Below are positions 1 through 9,987 of a stretch of DNA of 39,249 bases, piece by piece. The first letter of the stretch is position 1. Every line of letters starts with the position of its first letter. This stretch comes from Candidatus Woesearchaeota archaeon. GTDB taxonomy: Archaea > Nanobdellota > Nanobdellia > Woesearchaeales > UBA10216. The position numbers and the translations under genes are program-made. Location: positions 1-39,249 of the forward strand of contig JACQST010000016.1 of NCBI GenBank assembly GCA_016211185.1. Reading direction: 5' to 3'. The notes below the pieces were generated by a model. It was not told where the DNA came from, did not search any database, and worked only from the letters and a program-made list of their open reading frames with translations.

Positions 1-15
1 CATACTCACAATAAA

Positions 16-40
16 CTCCACAGGAAACGAAAGGGTGAGG
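16..40. promoter_or_regulatory. Origin recognition box (ORB)-like element upstream of orc1/cdc6
   Basis: CTCCACAGGAAAC (16-28) followed by GAAAGGGTGAGG. This resembles the archaeal ORB core (TCCA-N3-GGAAAC) plus a G-rich tail. It lies 20 nt upstream of the Orc1/Cdc6 start. Only one copy is visible because the window begins here. Confidence 0.45.
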
Positions 41-59
41 CTTTCCGTGCATATGTAAC

Positions 60-1268
60 ATGTCACAAAAAGGGCTGTCAGATTTCTTTGAAAAATACAT
101 AGGGGCGAAATCCATTTTTATAAACAAAGCTGCACTCCAGTCAGCGTACCACCCGCAAACAATACCACACCGCGACATGGAGATAGAGGCAATAGCATCA
201 ATTCTCGCGCCAGCCTTAAAGCAGGAAAAGCCATCAAACCTATTCATATACGGCAAGGCAGGCTGCGGCAAAACACTTTGCCTAAGACATATATCAAGAG
301 AACTTGAGGCAAACGCAGCAAGACACAACATACCACTCAAAGTGCTATACATGAACTGCAAGCTGAAAAAGGTGGCAGACACCGAATACAGGGTAATCGC
401 CCAACTATCCAGAGAACTCGGCAAAGCCATTCCCCCGACAGGCCTTCCCACAGACGAAGTATACAAGATATTTGAGCAAGCAGTCGAGGCAGACAAGGGA
501 ATACTACTGATAGTGCTTGACGAAGTGGACCAGCTTGTCAAAAAAATAGGCGATGAGATACTATACAGCCTCACGAGAATCAATGAAGGGCTCAGCCAGT
601 CAAAAATCTCCCTTGTAGGGATATCAAACGACATGGTCTTTCTCGCGGCGCTTGACCCGAGAGTCAAGTCATCCCTCTCAGAAGAAGAGATAATCTTTCC
701 ACCATACAACGCAATCCAGCTTCAGGAAATACTTTACCAAAGAGCTAGACTTGCGTTCAGCGAAGGCGCGATAGACCATGGGGTTATAGAAAAGTGCGCC
801 GCATATGCGGCTCGCGAACACGGCGATGCAAGAAGGTGCCTTGAACTGCTCAGGGTTGCTGGTGAAATAGCTGAGCGGGCAAACCACCAAAGGATAACCA
901 TAGACCACATAGACGAAGCAGACGAAAAGATAGAGAGAGACCGCCTGATGATAATCCTTAAAACCCAGCCAAAGCAGTCCCAGGCAGCCCTTTACTCCAT
1001 ACTTACAATAAGCTCAGACAAGAAAACAACCATATTCACAGGCGATGTTTATGAACTCTACAAAAAAATATGTGACAGGATAGGACTAAGACCTCTCACA
1101 CAAAGAAGGATATCAGACATAATAGCAGAACTTGACATGCTGGGCATAATAAACGTAAAGGTCATATCCAAAGGCCGCTATGGGCGAACACGGGAAATAA
1201 CGCTCTCGGTCGACCAAGCCACCCTCCCAAGAATGAGGAAAATACTCGAGGAATCACTTTCCCTATAG
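60..1268 (+). CDS. cdc6: Orc1/Cdc6 replication initiator (AAA+ ATPase plus C-terminal winged helix)
   Basis: Walker A GKAGCGKT and Walker B LIVLDEVD. Length of 402 aa and overall pattern are typical of archaeal Orc1/Cdc6. ATG at 60. Confidence 0.95.
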   Translation: MSQKGLSDFFEKYIGAKSIFINKAALQSAYHPQTIPHRDMEIEAIASILAPALKQEKPSNLFIYGKAGCGKTLCLRHISRELEANAARHNIPLKVLYMNCKLKKVADTEYRVIAQLSRELGKAIPPTGLPTDEVYKIFEQAVEADKGILLIVLDEVDQLVKKIGDEILYSLTRINEGLSQSKISLVGISNDMVFLAALDPRVKSSLSEEEIIFPPYNAIQLQEILYQRARLAFSEGAIDHGVIEKCAAYAAREHGDARRCLELLRVAGEIAERANHQRITIDHIDEADEKIERDRLMIILKTQPKQSQAALYSILTISSDKKTTIFTGDVYELYKKICDRIGLRPLTQRRISDIIAELDMLGIINVKVISKGRYGRTREITLSVDQATLPRMRKILEESLSL

Positions 1269-1273
1269 CCACA

Positions 1274-2701
1274 ATGGACGCGGAAAAAAAAGCAGCAGTC
1301 GAGTTGCTGATAAAAAAAAACATACTGGTAAGTCCGGAACTCCTTTCCAAGATAGAAAAAATTGGAATGAAAGGAATTCAGGAGCTTGAAAACAACCCCG
1401 CAATGCTCCAGGAAGCCCTTCAAGAACAAGCAGAGAAAACCCCGAGCGTGCACATCGCCTTCTCATACAACGAAACCCCGAAGAAAAGAGACTGCAAGGA
1501 CTTCGTAGATTACTTCAACGCACGCTACAATGCCATAGAGAAAATACTTGCATCAAGACCAGAGATGAAGAATACAACAACAGTAGGCAGGCTTAAGCTC
1601 TCTAAAGGAAGAAACATCTCGCTAATAGGCGCAATAATGGAAAAACAGACAACAAAGAAAGGAAACATACTCCTCAAGATTGAAGACCCGACCGGAATTG
1701 CAAATGTCCTTGTGAACAAAAACAAAAGAACCGCATACGAAACAGCAACAGACAGCGTCCATGACGAGATAATAGGCATAACCGGCATGAGCAACGGCGA
1801 CATAATTTTCGCAAACAACATACTCCTCCCTGAAATCCCCATCCATGAACTGAAAAAAAGCCCATACGAAGGGCACGCAATCTTCCTATCAGACCTGCAT
1901 GTCGGGTCAAAAAAGTTCCTGTCCGAGCCATTCACAAAGTTCCTCAAATGGATAAACGGCACAACAGGCAGCCCAGAGCAAAGAGACCTTGCCAAAAAAG
2001 TCAAATACGTCTTCATAGCAGGCGACATAGTGGATGGCGTAGGCATATACCCCAACCAGGAAGAAGAGCTCGAGATAACAGACATATATGAGCAATACAA
2101 GCGCTGCGCAGAGCTTCTCCGACAAATACCTGTTTCGAAAAAAATAATCATAGCGCCAGGAAATCATGACTCAATGCGCATATCAGAGCCACAGCCCTCC
2201 TTTCAAGGAGACATATTCCAGCCGCTTCTAAAGCTGCCAAACATATACCCTGTCTCAAATCCGGCATACATAACCATAGACAAGACTCCAGATTTCCCTG
2301 GAATAGACGTGCTCCTATACCACGGCTACAGCTTTGACTACTACGTCGCAAACGTTGAAAGCATAAGAACAACAGGAGGATATGACCGCGGCGACCTGAT
2401 AATGAAGTTCCTTCTTCAAAGGAGGCACCTGGCACCGGCACACTCCTCAACACTATACATACCTGGAGACACAGACCCCCTCACCATAACAAGAGTTCCC
2501 GACATCTTCGCCACGGGCCACATACACAGGTCAGCAGTATCAAGCTATAAAGGCGTAACACTCATAAGCAGCTCATGCTGGCAGGGCAAAACCAGCTTCC
2601 AGGAACGGCTTGGCCACAAACCACAACCAGCAAGAGTGCCCACAATCAACCTCAAAACAAGAGAGGCAAAGGTGCTAAAGTTCGGCACAGACGAAGAATG
2701 A
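1274..2701 (+). CDS. polB: DNA polymerase II (PolD) small subunit DP1
   Basis: Calcineurin/Mre11-like phosphoesterase motifs FLSDLHVGS, IAGDIVDGVG, PGNHD and TGHIH. It starts 5 nt after cdc6 and its stop overlaps the DP2 start (ATGA at 2698-2701). Confidence 0.93.
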   Translation: MDAEKKAAVELLIKKNILVSPELLSKIEKIGMKGIQELENNPAMLQEALQEQAEKTPSVHIAFSYNETPKKRDCKDFVDYFNARYNAIEKILASRPEMKNTTTVGRLKLSKGRNISLIGAIMEKQTTKKGNILLKIEDPTGIANVLVNKNKRTAYETATDSVHDEIIGITGMSNGDIIFANNILLPEIPIHELKKSPYEGHAIFLSDLHVGSKKFLSEPFTKFLKWINGTTGSPEQRDLAKKVKYVFIAGDIVDGVGIYPNQEEELEITDIYEQYKRCAELLRQIPVSKKIIIAPGNHDSMRISEPQPSFQGDIFQPLLKLPNIYPVSNPAYITIDKTPDFPGIDVLLYHGYSFDYYVANVESIRTTGGYDRGDLIMKFLLQRRHLAPAHSSTLYIPGDTDPLTITRVPDIFATGHIHRSAVSSYKGVTLISSSCWQGKTSFQERLGHKPQPARVPTINLKTREAKVLKFGTDEE

Positions 2702-5700
2702 CTACAATTACAACATACTTTGAACTGCTGCAGAATGAGCTCCAAAAGGCATACGAACTTGCAGGCAAAGCAAGGGAAAAGGGATACGACCCCGAGAAAA
2801 AAATAGACATACCCCTCGCGAGAAACATGGCAGAACGGGTAGAAGGCCTTATCTCGGCAGTTTCCCCAGAAATCCTGGGCAAGGGAATACCTCAGAGAAT
2901 ACATCAGCTTGAGGAAAAATACGGCGCACTCGCATGGCAGGTCGCCCTCATAATATCAGAAGAAACCGCCAACGGGAATTTCTGCAGGTTCAACACACAA
3001 AAAGAGGCAATGGAAACAGGCATAAGAACAGGGTTCGCATACCACACAGTAGGGGTTGTTTCGGCGCCGCTTGAAGGATTTGTCGAACTAAAGATAAAGA
3101 AGCGCTCTGACGGCAAGGAATACCTCGCAGCGTCATTCGCAGGCCCAATAAGAGGAGCCGGAGGAACTGCAGCAGGGGTATGCATGCTAATAACAGACTA
3201 CATAAGAAAAAAATTCAACTATGCAACATACGACCCAACAGAAGATGAAATCAAGAGATACATAACAGAACTCTACGACTACCACGAACGCGTCACAAAC
3301 CTACAGTACAAACCCACAGAAGACGAAATCAGGTTCCTCATAAAAAACCTGCCCATAGAAGTGGATGGCGACCCCTCAGAAGACATAGAGGTGAGCAACC
3401 ACAAGGACCTCCCGAGAGTATCAACCAACAAGATACGCTCAGGAGTCTGCCTCGTAATCTCCATGCTCGCACTCAAAGCCCCAAAACTGTGGAAAGAACT
3501 AAGCCACTGGGGCAAGGAATTCAACCTTGACTGGAGCTTTCTCCCAGAACTCATAAAACTAAGAAAAGACAAGGACAGGAAGAAAGTCCAGGGCCTTGCT
3601 CCAAACTACACATACATCTCAGACCTTGTAGCGGGGAGGCCAGTGCTGACGTATCCTCTCAGAACAGGAGGGTTCAGGCTAAGATACGGGAGAACAAGAA
3701 TGTCGGGCTACTCGTCAGCAGGCATACACCCCGCAACAATGGCTGTGCTTGACCGATACATAGCCACAGGCACGCAAATAAAACTTGAAAGGCCAGGAAA
3801 GGCAGCAGCGATAACTCCTGCGGACAGCATAGACGGACCCATAGTCCTGCTAAAGAACGGCACAGTCAAAAAACTCGAAACAGAGACAGCAGCAAAACAG
3901 CACCTCACTGAAATCAAGGAAATACTATTTCTCGGAGACATACTCATAAGCTATGGCGACTTCTTCGACAGGGCACAGCCGCTTGTCCCTCCGGGATATT
4001 GCGAAGAATGGTATGCGCAGGAACTTGAGAGAGAAGTGCAGAAGGTTCCTGCATCACAAGAGACTGTTGCGGGAATCACAAAAGAAGAGCTTGCAGCAAT
4101 AACAAGAAACCCCCTCTCAATAAGACCGAGCTACAAAACCGCCGAGAAACTTTCACAGGAACTGAAAATACCGCTGCACCCATACTACACCCACTACTAC
4201 AACGCTGTCACAGGACAACAACTTGCATCAACAATAAGCTGGCTCTCAACAGCGGAAATAAGAAGCGAAGAGCAGAAAATAATAGCGCAAGCAAATGACA
4301 AAAAACGACTGCTTGAGCTCATGGGAATACCACACACACTTGCAGGCGATGAATACGTAGTGATAACAGGTAGCGACGCATCAGCGCTAATAACGGTGCT
4401 GAACCTCAACTCAGACAACACAGCAACAATCCATGAACTCGCGGAAAAAGGCCACAGCCCGCTCGAAATAATAAACTCAATCTCACCAGTCAGGATAATG
4501 GACAAGGGAGGCACCTTCATAGGGGCAAGAATGGGCAGGCCGGAAAAGGCAAAGATGAGGGCAATGACAGGCTCCCCCCACGTCATTTTTCCGGTTGGAG
4601 AGGAAGGAGGAAGGCTAAGAAGCATACAGAGCGTAATTGAGGCAGGGGGAGTAGAGGCAGACTTCCCGTGCTACAGCTGCGGAAACTGCAAGAAAGAAAC
4701 AATATACCCAGTATGCGAAACCTGCGACAAAGAAACAGCTGAAATGCACTTCTGCAAGGAATGCGGAACGCTTGAAAAGAAATGCATGCACAACCCCTCG
4801 CAAAAATACAGGAGAAAAAAAATACAGCTACAGCCATACATCGACTCTGCACTCAGGAAACTCGGAACAAGTTCCTACCCGGAACTCGTAAAAGGAGTAA
4901 GGGGCACATCCAATAAAAATCATGTCACAGAAAACCTCGCCAAAGGCCTCATGAGGGCAATGCATGAGCTGACAGTAAACAAGGACGGGACAATAAGATA
5001 CGACATGACAGAACTCCCCATAACGCACTTCAAGCCATCAGAGATAAAAACACCCGTTCAAAAGCTAATGGATCTCGGCTACGAGCAAGACATAACAGGC
5101 CAGCCGCTCACAAAAAGCAGCCAGCTACTCGAGCTAAGGCCCCAGGACGTCATACTCCCGGCAGGACACGGGGAAGAAGGCGCAGACACAGTACTGTTCA
5201 ACACAGCCTGCTTTATAGACCACGAACTCGAAAAACTATACGGCCAGGAACCATACTACAGACTCAAGACAAAAAGCGACCTCACAGGGCACCTCGTAAT
5301 AGGACTCGCGCCGCACATATCAGCAGGAATCGTCGGCCGGATAATCGGGTTTTCAAACACGCAGACACTCCTCGCACACCCCCTCTATCATGCAGCAATG
5401 AGAAGAGACACAGACGGAGACGAGGCATGCGTAATGCTCCTGATGGACGCCCTGCTCAACTTCTCAAGAAACTTCCTGCCAGATACAAGAGGCGCAAAAA
5501 CAATGGACTCCCCACTAGTCCTGACATCAAAGCTCCTCCCAGCGGAAGTGGACGACATGGTGCACAGGCTCGATGTAGCATGGAGATACCCGCTAAAATT
5601 CTACGAGGCAGCCATGCAGCAAAAAATGCCGTGGGAAGCAGAAGTGGAACTGCTCGGCAGCAGGCTCGGAACAGAAAGGGAATACGAAAAAACAGGATTC

Positions 5701-6159
5701 ACCCACGACATCCAGGACATAAACTCAGGGGTAACATTCTCCGCATACAAAACACTCCCATCCATGGAGGAAAAGCTCAAGGGACAAATGGTGCTGGCAG
5801 AAAAGATAAGGGCAGTTGACGCACAGGACGTAGCCAAGCTCGTCATAGAAAAACACCTCCTCAGAGACATAAAGGGAAACCTCAGGAAATTCTCAACACA
5901 GGAGTTCAGATGCGTAAAATGCAACAAAAAATACAGGAGGCCGCCCCTGATAGGCCAATGCACATGCAAGGGAAAGCTCATATTCACAGTATCTGAAGGC
6001 TCAATAACCAAATACCTCGGGCCGGCAATCAGCCTCGCAAACAAATACAACGCATCGCCCTATCTGAAACAAACACTTGAGCTGACAAAGAAGCGCGTAG
6101 AGGAAGTATTCGGCAGGGAAAAGGAAAAACAGGAAGGGCTTGGGAAGTGGTTTGGGTGA
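2698..6159 (+). CDS. polC: DNA polymerase II (PolD) large subunit DP2
   Basis: Typical DP2 N-terminus MTTITTYFELLQNELQKAYELAGKAREKGYDP and catalytic acidic motif AMRRDTDGDEA. Cys clusters CYSCGNCKKETIYPVCETCDKE and CVKCNKKYRRPPLIGQCTCKG. The track start at 2575 is an out-of-frame overlap with DP1. The ATG at 2698 gives the classic ATGA coupling (1153 aa, no intein-sized insertion). Confidence 0.95.
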   Translation: MTTITTYFELLQNELQKAYELAGKAREKGYDPEKKIDIPLARNMAERVEGLISAVSPEILGKGIPQRIHQLEEKYGALAWQVALIISEETANGNFCRFNTQKEAMETGIRTGFAYHTVGVVSAPLEGFVELKIKKRSDGKEYLAASFAGPIRGAGGTAAGVCMLITDYIRKKFNYATYDPTEDEIKRYITELYDYHERVTNLQYKPTEDEIRFLIKNLPIEVDGDPSEDIEVSNHKDLPRVSTNKIRSGVCLVISMLALKAPKLWKELSHWGKEFNLDWSFLPELIKLRKDKDRKKVQGLAPNYTYISDLVAGRPVLTYPLRTGGFRLRYGRTRMSGYSSAGIHPATMAVLDRYIATGTQIKLERPGKAAAITPADSIDGPIVLLKNGTVKKLETETAAKQHLTEIKEILFLGDILISYGDFFDRAQPLVPPGYCEEWYAQELEREVQKVPASQETVAGITKEELAAITRNPLSIRPSYKTAEKLSQELKIPLHPYYTHYYNAVTGQQLASTISWLSTAEIRSEEQKIIAQANDKKRLLELMGIPHTLAGDEYVVITGSDASALITVLNLNSDNTATIHELAEKGHSPLEIINSISPVRIMDKGGTFIGARMGRPEKAKMRAMTGSPHVIFPVGEEGGRLRSIQSVIEAGGVEADFPCYSCGNCKKETIYPVCETCDKETAEMHFCKECGTLEKKCMHNPSQKYRRKKIQLQPYIDSALRKLGTSSYPELVKGVRGTSNKNHVTENLAKGLMRAMHELTVNKDGTIRYDMTELPITHFKPSEIKTPVQKLMDLGYEQDITGQPLTKSSQLLELRPQDVILPAGHGEEGADTVLFNTACFIDHELEKLYGQEPYYRLKTKSDLTGHLVIGLAPHISAGIVGRIIGFSNTQTLLAHPLYHAAMRRDTDGDEACVMLLMDALLNFSRNFLPDTRGAKTMDSPLVLTSKLLPAEVDDMVHRLDVAWRYPLKFYEAAMQQKMPWEAEVELLGSRLGTEREYEKTGFTHDIQDINSGVTFSAYKTLPSMEEKLKGQMVLAEKIRAVDAQDVAKLVIEKHLLRDIKGNLRKFSTQEFRCVKCNKKYRRPPLIGQCTCKGKLIFTVSEGSITKYLGPAISLANKYNASPYLKQTLELTKKRVEEVFGREKEKQEGLGKWFG

Positions 6160-6162
6160 GAC

Positions 6163-6570
6163 TCAAACCCTAACCTTAACAGGATGCCTTGCGCCGCAGG
6201 CGCTGCACTTGATGAAGACAAACTTGTCCTCCTTAACGAGCTTTGTGTCAGGCTTACTGCACTCAGGACAGAAAACAAACTCGCGCGCATAGCTATGAAC
6301 CTTCTGATTAATCCTCGAAGCAGGCACCTTTGTACCTATAATCACTGCGGCGCCCTTCATCTCGCCAGGCGTCGCAAGCTCCTTCAACACATACTTCAGC
6401 AAGTGAGCAGGCTCTCTCCTAAGCACATCAGCAATCTGCCCAAAATTGCTCAAAACAGTCCTGTTACCCTGAATGTGCCCCCTGACCTTCGGAATCTCAA
6501 ACCGCGAAGTCTCCAGAGACCTCTCAGGAAGGCCCTTCACAGCACGCTCCAGAAGCTGCTCATAGTCCAT
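6163..6570 (-). CDS. eif2b: Translation initiation factor aIF2 beta subunit
   Basis: MDYEQLLERAVKGLPE...RFEIPKV...NFGQIADVLRREPAHLLKYVLKELAT with C-terminal zinc ribbon CPECSKPDT...CSACG. The track start at 6585 is GTG. The ATG at 6570 matches homolog N-termini. Confidence 0.9.
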   Translation of the reverse strand: MDYEQLLERAVKGLPERSLETSRFEIPKVRGHIQGNRTVLSNFGQIADVLRREPAHLLKYVLKELATPGEMKGAAVIIGTKVPASRINQKVHSYAREFVFCPECSKPDTKLVKEDKFVFIKCSACGARHPVKVRV

Positions 6571-6614
6571 GCCTGAAGAAAACACACCTGATTTTTAAAT
6601 TAAACTGTTTTTCC

Positions 6615-7247
6615 CTACTCAAGAACCTTAAGCCTGCCGGGCCTGATTTCGAAAACCTCACCCATCTGCAGAAGCCCCCTCACGACCCCGGCGCTGTCCT
6701 CAACGCGACTGAGCCTGCACACCTCCAAAAGGTCAGCCCCATTACCGCTGTTTGTCCTGTCAAGCTCACGAATAAGCTGGATAAGCTGCATGCCCTCTGA
6801 GTCGTCAACAACCTGCTCCTCAACACCCCCGGCAGCAGGAGAAGCAGGGGAAGGCTCTGAAGAAACAATCCCCTCAGACCTGAGCTCAAGCTGCCTCAGC
6901 AAAAGAAACTCCTTCACATCGCCCCTTAAAATATCTGCAGAGATGTAACGCTCGCTCCCGTAATGCCTTATCCTGCCGAGAACGCTAATGACTGAGCCAG
7001 CCTCAAACCCCGCAACCCTTCCCGGGCTTTCAAACACCCTGACCCTTATAGAGCCTGTTCCGTCATCAATTATCAGCTCACCGCCGTCCACATCCCTCGA
7101 AACAACAGTCCCCACAATGTTGACCCTAGCAACAGCCCGGCCACGAATCTCAACATGACTGGGCACAGATTCAGAGCCCTCAACAAGGCCTCCGGAGGCT
7201 ATGTCAGCCACACACACCTTGAAAAAAACCTGCCTTGCCATTCTCAC
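6615..7247 (-). CDS. RPA32/Stn1-like OB-fold protein with C-terminal winged helix
   Basis: OB-fold pattern VARVNIVGTVVSRDVDGGELIIDDGTGSIRVRVFE...VISVLGRIRHYGSERYISADIL, an acidic/Pro linker, then a wH-like tail MQLIQLIRELD...GEVFEIRPGRLKVLE. Its GTG start (7245-7247) overlaps the MCM stop (7244-7246). An alternative ATG is at 7241. Confidence 0.7.
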   Translation of the reverse strand: MRMARQVFFKVCVADIASGGLVEGSESVPSHVEIRGRAVARVNIVGTVVSRDVDGGELIIDDGTGSIRVRVFESPGRVAGFEAGSVISVLGRIRHYGSERYISADILRGDVKEFLLLRQLELRSEGIVSSEPSPASPAAGGVEEQVVDDSEGMQLIQLIRELDRTNSGNGADLLEVCRLSRVEDSAGVVRGLLQMGEVFEIRPGRLKVLE

Positions 7248-9292
7248 ATCCTTGAAACAAAGCCGTAGCGCGGCTCAAAAAGGTCGCCTTCCCTCTTCAA
7301 TTTCTCAATTATTTCTTCAACGTCGCTTTCCCCAATCCCTTTTTCGACAGCAGCCTTCAGTACGTCATCGATGGGTATGGTTTTTCCTATCGTTCCCTCA
7401 AGTTCAGAGATGATCTCCTTTATGGCGTATATCTTGTCCCTTTTTGAGGCAGGTATTCCTGTTGAGATTCTGTCAATATCAATCCTTCCGGTCTCCCTGT
7501 CAAACCCAACCTCAAGCAGGCAGAAAGTCAGGAGCTCAATAGCCCGCCGCGCATCCTTCTTCACAACCCTGTCAGCAAGCCTCACCCTCGCAGAAGCCTC
7601 AGACATCCTGACAAGGGCCTCAAGCTGTCTCGCAGAAATAGGTATTGCCTTTATTGCCCGCTCCTCCCTGCCTGAAAACGCGTGCTCCTCAGAAGAGCCA
7701 AGGCCCCTCATCTTGACATAAAACTCCTTTATCTCGTTAAGCGCGCCATCAGTGAGAACAGGATTTATCCGCTGCCTCGCATAAGCAACATACTTCTTAA
7801 GAACCTCGGTGGGAAGGTCAGCCTCCATGCCCTCAGGGCTCTGGTGAAGGAACAGTATGTGCTTTGCAATACGCTCATCCTTAGCAGGGTTAGGGATGTC
7901 TTTTATTGGGAATATCAGGTCAAACCTGTTAATCAAGGTAGGCGGAAGGTCAATCTGCTCTGCAAGAACGCCGTAAGGGTCAAACCTGCCAAGGTTAGGA
8001 TTTGCTGCAGCAAGGACAGTGGTTCTTGTCAGGAGCGTCGCGTGGATGTTTGCCTTCGAAATGCTGAGTGTCTGCTGCTCCATGCTCTCGTGCAGAGCCT
8101 CCCTGTCCCCCTCACCCATCTTGTCCATCTCGTCAATAGCACAGATGCCGTTATTGGCGAGCACAAGCGCCCCGGCCTCAAGGCTCCAGCCGCCAAGAAA
8201 CTCGTCCCGTACAACAGCTGCAGTGATACCTGCGCCGCTAACACCCTTGCCGCTGATATACCTCCCCTTAGGGGAAATCCTGCTTATCCTCTTCAAAATC
8301 TGGCTTTTGCCAGCGCCTGGGTCCCCCACCAGCAGTATGTGGATATCCCCCCTTGTGGCGACCTCATCCTTCCTTGTCTTCATAACTCCGCCCATAAGCT
8401 GAAGCAGGAGAGCCTCCTTCACCTTCTCATAACCATAAATGGAAGGCGCTATGGAGTTTATCATCTTCTCGTAAAGCTTCGGGTCCTGAGAAAGCTCGAT
8501 AATAGCCTTCTCATCTTCCCTGCTTATCTGGATGTCAAAAAACGCCTCCTCAACACCCTCGATGTTGTTGGCCTCTATAAGGAAATCAACCCGTGTTGAC
8601 TTGCCCCCGGTCTTCAGGACAATAGGCACCTCCTTGAGCACGCCAACAACCTTGACCTTGCTCCCAGGATTAGTCCTTTTTTCAGTTATCGGGCTGACAA
8701 GGTCCTCCTTAAGAAAGATATTGATTCTCTTGGGCTGCTCACCACCGGTCAGGGTCTCTGGAACCTCCTCAAGAACCATGCTCTGAACGTCAACCAACTC
8801 CTTCTGCAGAAGGAGGAAATTCCCCTTCCTCCCGCAACTGCACTTGCTCGGCTCCCTGAAGCTCTGCTCAAGCTGGAGAACAGAAAGAACCTGACCGCAT
8901 CCAGGGCACTCAAACTTTGAGGAAACAGCCTGCGGGCGAACATCGCTCTTCTGCCTCACAAGCCCATCAATGTAAAGCAGCTTCCCAAGATGCTCACTCC
9001 TGATGTGCCTTATCGAAACCTTCCTGGCCTCAGGCAAATTAATCAATCTCACCCTTATTTTTGAAGCCTCCCCAGGGAGGTCTATCTGCCTGCAGGCAAT
9101 CTCCATAGCTCTTATAGTATCCTCAGGCTTGTTAAGCAGCTCTTCAGCAAGCGAAGGGTCGAACTTTGACAAGTCACTGAATTCCACAGTAAAGAAGCTC
9201 TTCCCTGTGCTGCTGGCCTCAAGCAGCTTCACCTTGTAGTTGTCCTCAATGAATTCCTGGAACTTCCTTACCTGCTCTTCGGCACTCACCAT
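7244..9292 (-). CDS. mcm: MCM replicative helicase
   Basis: Zn motif CPGCG...CSCG, Walker A GDPGAGKS, Walker B ICAIDEMDKM and arginine finger region LINRFDLIF. 682 aa, no intein. Confidence 0.96.
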   Translation of the reverse strand: MVSAEEQVRKFQEFIEDNYKVKLLEASSTGKSFFTVEFSDLSKFDPSLAEELLNKPEDTIRAMEIACRQIDLPGEASKIRVRLINLPEARKVSIRHIRSEHLGKLLYIDGLVRQKSDVRPQAVSSKFECPGCGQVLSVLQLEQSFREPSKCSCGRKGNFLLLQKELVDVQSMVLEEVPETLTGGEQPKRINIFLKEDLVSPITEKRTNPGSKVKVVGVLKEVPIVLKTGGKSTRVDFLIEANNIEGVEEAFFDIQISREDEKAIIELSQDPKLYEKMINSIAPSIYGYEKVKEALLLQLMGGVMKTRKDEVATRGDIHILLVGDPGAGKSQILKRISRISPKGRYISGKGVSGAGITAAVVRDEFLGGWSLEAGALVLANNGICAIDEMDKMGEGDREALHESMEQQTLSISKANIHATLLTRTTVLAAANPNLGRFDPYGVLAEQIDLPPTLINRFDLIFPIKDIPNPAKDERIAKHILFLHQSPEGMEADLPTEVLKKYVAYARQRINPVLTDGALNEIKEFYVKMRGLGSSEEHAFSGREERAIKAIPISARQLEALVRMSEASARVRLADRVVKKDARRAIELLTFCLLEVGFDRETGRIDIDRISTGIPASKRDKIYAIKEIISELEGTIGKTIPIDDVLKAAVEKGIGESDVEEIIEKLKREGDLFEPRYGFVSRM

Positions 9293-9297
9293 TTCAC

Positions 9298-9846
9298 CTA
9301 CTTTTTGATCTTCTTCAAGTTATCTATCAGCTTGTCAAGGGCAGTGTTCACCTCTGCCTCGCTCTTGGTCCCGGTGCACACTATTTTACCGTTGCTGAAC
9401 AAAAGAAAAGTGGCTTTAATAGCAGGATCGATAAGCTTGTAGACCAGCCCTGGAAACTGCTCAGGCTCATACTCGGTATTCCTAAGCTTCATAGCAAGTA
9501 TGTTAAGGTTAAGGTCCATTCCCACAGTCCCCGAAGCCACAATGTTCTGGATTTTTATATCAGGCTTTATGGTTACCCTTATCCCGATCTTCTCAAGGCT
9601 CTTTATAATCTTCCTTATGGACTCCTCAACCTTGTCCATTGAGCGCGCTCCTGTGCACACCACCTTGCCACTGCTGAATATCAGCGCAGAAGTCTTAGGC
9701 TCCTTTATGCGAAGAACCAGCCCTGGAAACTGCTCCGGGTTATACTCTGTGTTAGGCAAAGTCGAAGCCATCTTCTCCAGAGGAACATCATGGTTCAGAG
9801 AAGTGCTCACAACAATGTTTACAACCTTAATCTCCTTCTTGGACAT
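9298..9846 (-). CDS. tbp: TATA-box binding protein
   Basis: Two internal TBP repeats: NIVVSTSL...PEQFPGLVLRI...SGKVVCTGA and NIVASGTV...PEQFPGLVYKL...NGKIVCTGT. 182 aa. Confidence 0.96.
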   Translation of the reverse strand: MSKKEIKVVNIVVSTSLNHDVPLEKMASTLPNTEYNPEQFPGLVLRIKEPKTSALIFSSGKVVCTGARSMDKVEESIRKIIKSLEKIGIRVTIKPDIKIQNIVASGTVGMDLNLNILAMKLRNTEYEPEQFPGLVYKLIDPAIKATFLLFSNGKIVCTGTKSEAEVNTALDKLIDNLKKIKK

Positions 9847-9861
9847 TAAACCACCCCGCTA

Positions 9862-9900
9862 CTTTATAAGTGCTTTAAAAATGCGGGCTTTATAAATACT
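9862..9900. promoter_or_regulatory. Divergent promoter region with three TATA-like boxes
   Basis: TTTATAA 9863-9869, TTTAAAAA 9874-9881 and TTTATAAAT 9889-9897. They lie between tbp (minus, ATG 9846) and the plus-strand Ubl gene (ATG 9988). Confidence 0.4.
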
Positions 9901-9987
9901 TTTCTCTTTAAAAATGCCTTTTGCAGAATATTGGCCCCCATCGTTTCCTATGGAAAAGGTTAAAAATGTGCGTGAAACACTGCTTCC

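Noticed and set aside
2575-2697. N-terminal extension of DP2 from the track start at 2575.
   Set aside because: It overlaps the DP1 3' end in another frame and encodes basic low-complexity sequence. The ATG at 2698 forms an ATGA overlap with the DP1 stop, and the protein from there matches the usual DP2 N-terminus.
2698-9292. Checked PolD DP2, MCM and, at 30010-30960, RFC for inteins, which are common in archaeal replication genes.
   Set aside because: Protein lengths (1153, 682 and 316 aa) and uninterrupted motif order leave no room for intein insertions.
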